Of a DNA stretch of 64,000 bases, positions 62,214 through 64,000 are shown one piece after another. Source of the stretch: Protoeuglena noctilucae. Its lineage: Eukaryota. Positions within the stretch are counted from its first letter, which is position 1; every line of letters begins with the position of its first letter. Position numbers and translations under genes: made by a program. The notes beneath the pieces are model-generated. The model worked only from the letters and a program-made list of their open reading frames with translations. It was not told where the DNA came from and did not search any database. Location of the stretch: positions 62,001 through 126,000 of the forward strand of contig OY253681.1 of the NCBI GenBank assembly GCA_958009085.1, given 5' to 3'.

Positions 62214-62294
62214 AAGGGAGAGCCTCACAAACGAAGGAGATGCCTCACAAGGGAGACGCCACACAAGGGAGATGGCTCACAAGGGAGATGCCTC
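62214..62294 (+). repeat. Imperfect tandem repeat, about 16-bp unit AAGGGAGATGCCTCAC, about 5 copies
   Basis: Units read directly: aagggagagcctcac, aaacgaaggagatgcctcac, aagggagacgccacac, aagggagatggctcac, aagggagatgcctc. Confidence 0.85.
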
Positions 62295-62947
62295 GAGGCA
62301 AACGCGACGAAAGGGGCGCAAGAGAGGCGTAACTGCATGGGACCCTGGGGTCACAAAATGACGCTTTGTGACGCGCGGCAGGGCCACAAGCGCCTCCCTA
62401 TCCCCGCCACGCGCACGCGAGGGGCGGGCGTGGCAGAGGGCTGGGTGGACGGACTACGTGCAGGGCATTGCACTGCGCGAACTAGGACGAGGGACGGCGG
62501 CGGGCGCAAAGGCTTGCGGAGAGAGAGAGCGGGGCGGAGCGGAGAGCGGAGCGAGGGCTTGGCGGGGTGCCACGGCGCGGCCAGAGGGGTGCGTGCGGAG
62601 AGAGAAACGGCGAAAGGGGTGAGGTGAGGTGTGAATGAAACAGCCCCTCTGGCGCAGCCGCTCTGGCACGCCCGCGTCAGGCCTCGACTGCCAGTGCCGA
62701 CACCGCGGCTCGCCCCTTGGCGTGGATGCTGCTGGGACGCGGGGGGCGGATGCTCATGGAGGCCCCTGCCGACTCCCTGCACGGGACAGGACAGGGTACG
62801 GGGGGCTGTAGGGTGTTTCCAGCAGTAAAGCTGACGTTGTGACCACGCAGGCGAGGTGACAGCGCTGGATGACAAGTGCCGTCAAGGCCAGGGCCAGGTG
62901 ACGAGGCTCCTAAAGTACACTTGAGCATCTCGCACACACGCGGCGAC

Positions 62948-64000
62948 TCACGGGTTGTGGGAGGAGCGCCGCAAGCCTCGGCTGGTGCGCGAGGGTGCCG
63001 TGCCCATAGGCTGGGCCTGCCCGGGGGGGTGGACCACCACGCACGCCGTCTCCGCGTGTCCGGGGAAGCGCGCCTGGTCCAGCGGCACCATCAGGCGCAT
63101 CTCCACGACCACGGCGCCCTTGGGAGCTTGAAGGACCACGCGGGGCAGCTGCGGGGGCGGAAGGGTGGGTCGAGGGTTGGAACAGTGGTGTGTGCTGTGG
63201 AGAGGGAGCAAAGCAAAGGCTGGTCGGACTCAAGCCGCGCCGCACTCGCGTCGGCTGAGCGTGGCAGATAAGGCCCAGCTGTAGCCGAGTGACACTCCGG
63301 CTTGTGCGTATCCCACGCACCACATGCCCCCGCCCTCTCGCACGCACCTCGGCCGGCTGCCGCTCGTTCCACGGTCCCGGCAGATTGAGACTCCGCCTCA
63401 CGAACGCCCCGAACCCCGTGGCTATCTTCTTCTCGTCTCCGGGCCCCCGGCCACGGCTCCGCGTCGCCCCCATCCCCATGCCCTTCTCGGTCCCTGGCGC
63501 TGGCGCCATAAGGCCCCCCACCGGCACCGTCTCAGCTTCGGCTGGCAGCCGGGGCGACCCCGGCCGCAGATCCTGGGACAGCTTGGCCCAGGGGTCCCCC
63601 GGCAAAGGCGGCTGAGCCTCCGCCACACGGGGCTTGGCAAAGCACCGCAACAAAAAGCACCCGGGGGGCGCGTCGGCCTTCACCGCGCGGTTCCCCGCAG
63701 GCCGGGCCTCCTTCCGCGGCCCGCCCGTCTCTACGAACGTGGGCGCGGCCTTGCGAGCGTGCATGGCCAAGGGCGAGTGCACGGGCAACGCTCCGGGGTG
63801 GAAAAGGCACCAGCCGGCCCACACCCCGGCCGAGGCGTGGGGCGGACGCATGCGCGCCTCCCAGAGACCCCCGGACAGGGGCACGGGCGTCGGGATGGGG
63901 CTGGCGTCGCCAGAGAAGCGACTCACGATGTGGCTCAGGATGCTCGGCCGCCGCGCGGCCCAGGCGCCGTCGACGGACGCCGACTTGCGCTGCGACCCGG
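62948..64000 (-). CDS. 3' part of an unidentified gene running off the window
   Basis: Coding-like ORF segments with a plausible acceptor before LPRVVLQAPKGAVVVEMRLMVPLD. No family recognised. Confidence 0.35.

Noticed and set aside
62214..62294. CRISPR-like array
   Set aside because: Units are contiguous with no spacers and there are no cas genes; it is a simple minisatellite.

Overview
GC-rich, intron-rich eukaryotic nuclear DNA, most consistent with a green alga: it carries plastid-type pheophytinase, a lumenal pentapeptide protein, PFK and MurC, plus a four-domain voltage-gated channel. Gene models were spliced by hand. In order: ECM29 (+), a duplicated ECM29 3' end with an intervening lower-GC segment, a decayed unknown CDS, one long minus-strand multidomain gene (RING-like Zn finger - kinase - kinase - NYN RNase - vWA - alpha-kinase with a substituted catalytic motif), an F-box/ankyrin gene, pheophytinase, TL17-like protein, UBE2C, PFK, a Cav/Nav-like channel, a small membrane protein broken by a 200-N gap, a lower-GC beta-helix - HhH - EEP nuclease fusion, RBM25, MurC, a membrane-anchored LIM protein, an ANKRD13-like gene and a partial unknown CDS. 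The best candidate for an undescribed system is the tandem-kinase/NYN/vWA/alpha-kinase fusion at 16903-23631. Splicing architecture is also odd: many GC-AG introns, introns with G-rich 5' and C-rich 3' halves, and repeated degenerate copies of exon-intron junctions inside introns. Exon boundaries and domain calls come from reading motifs, not from database searches or transcripts.
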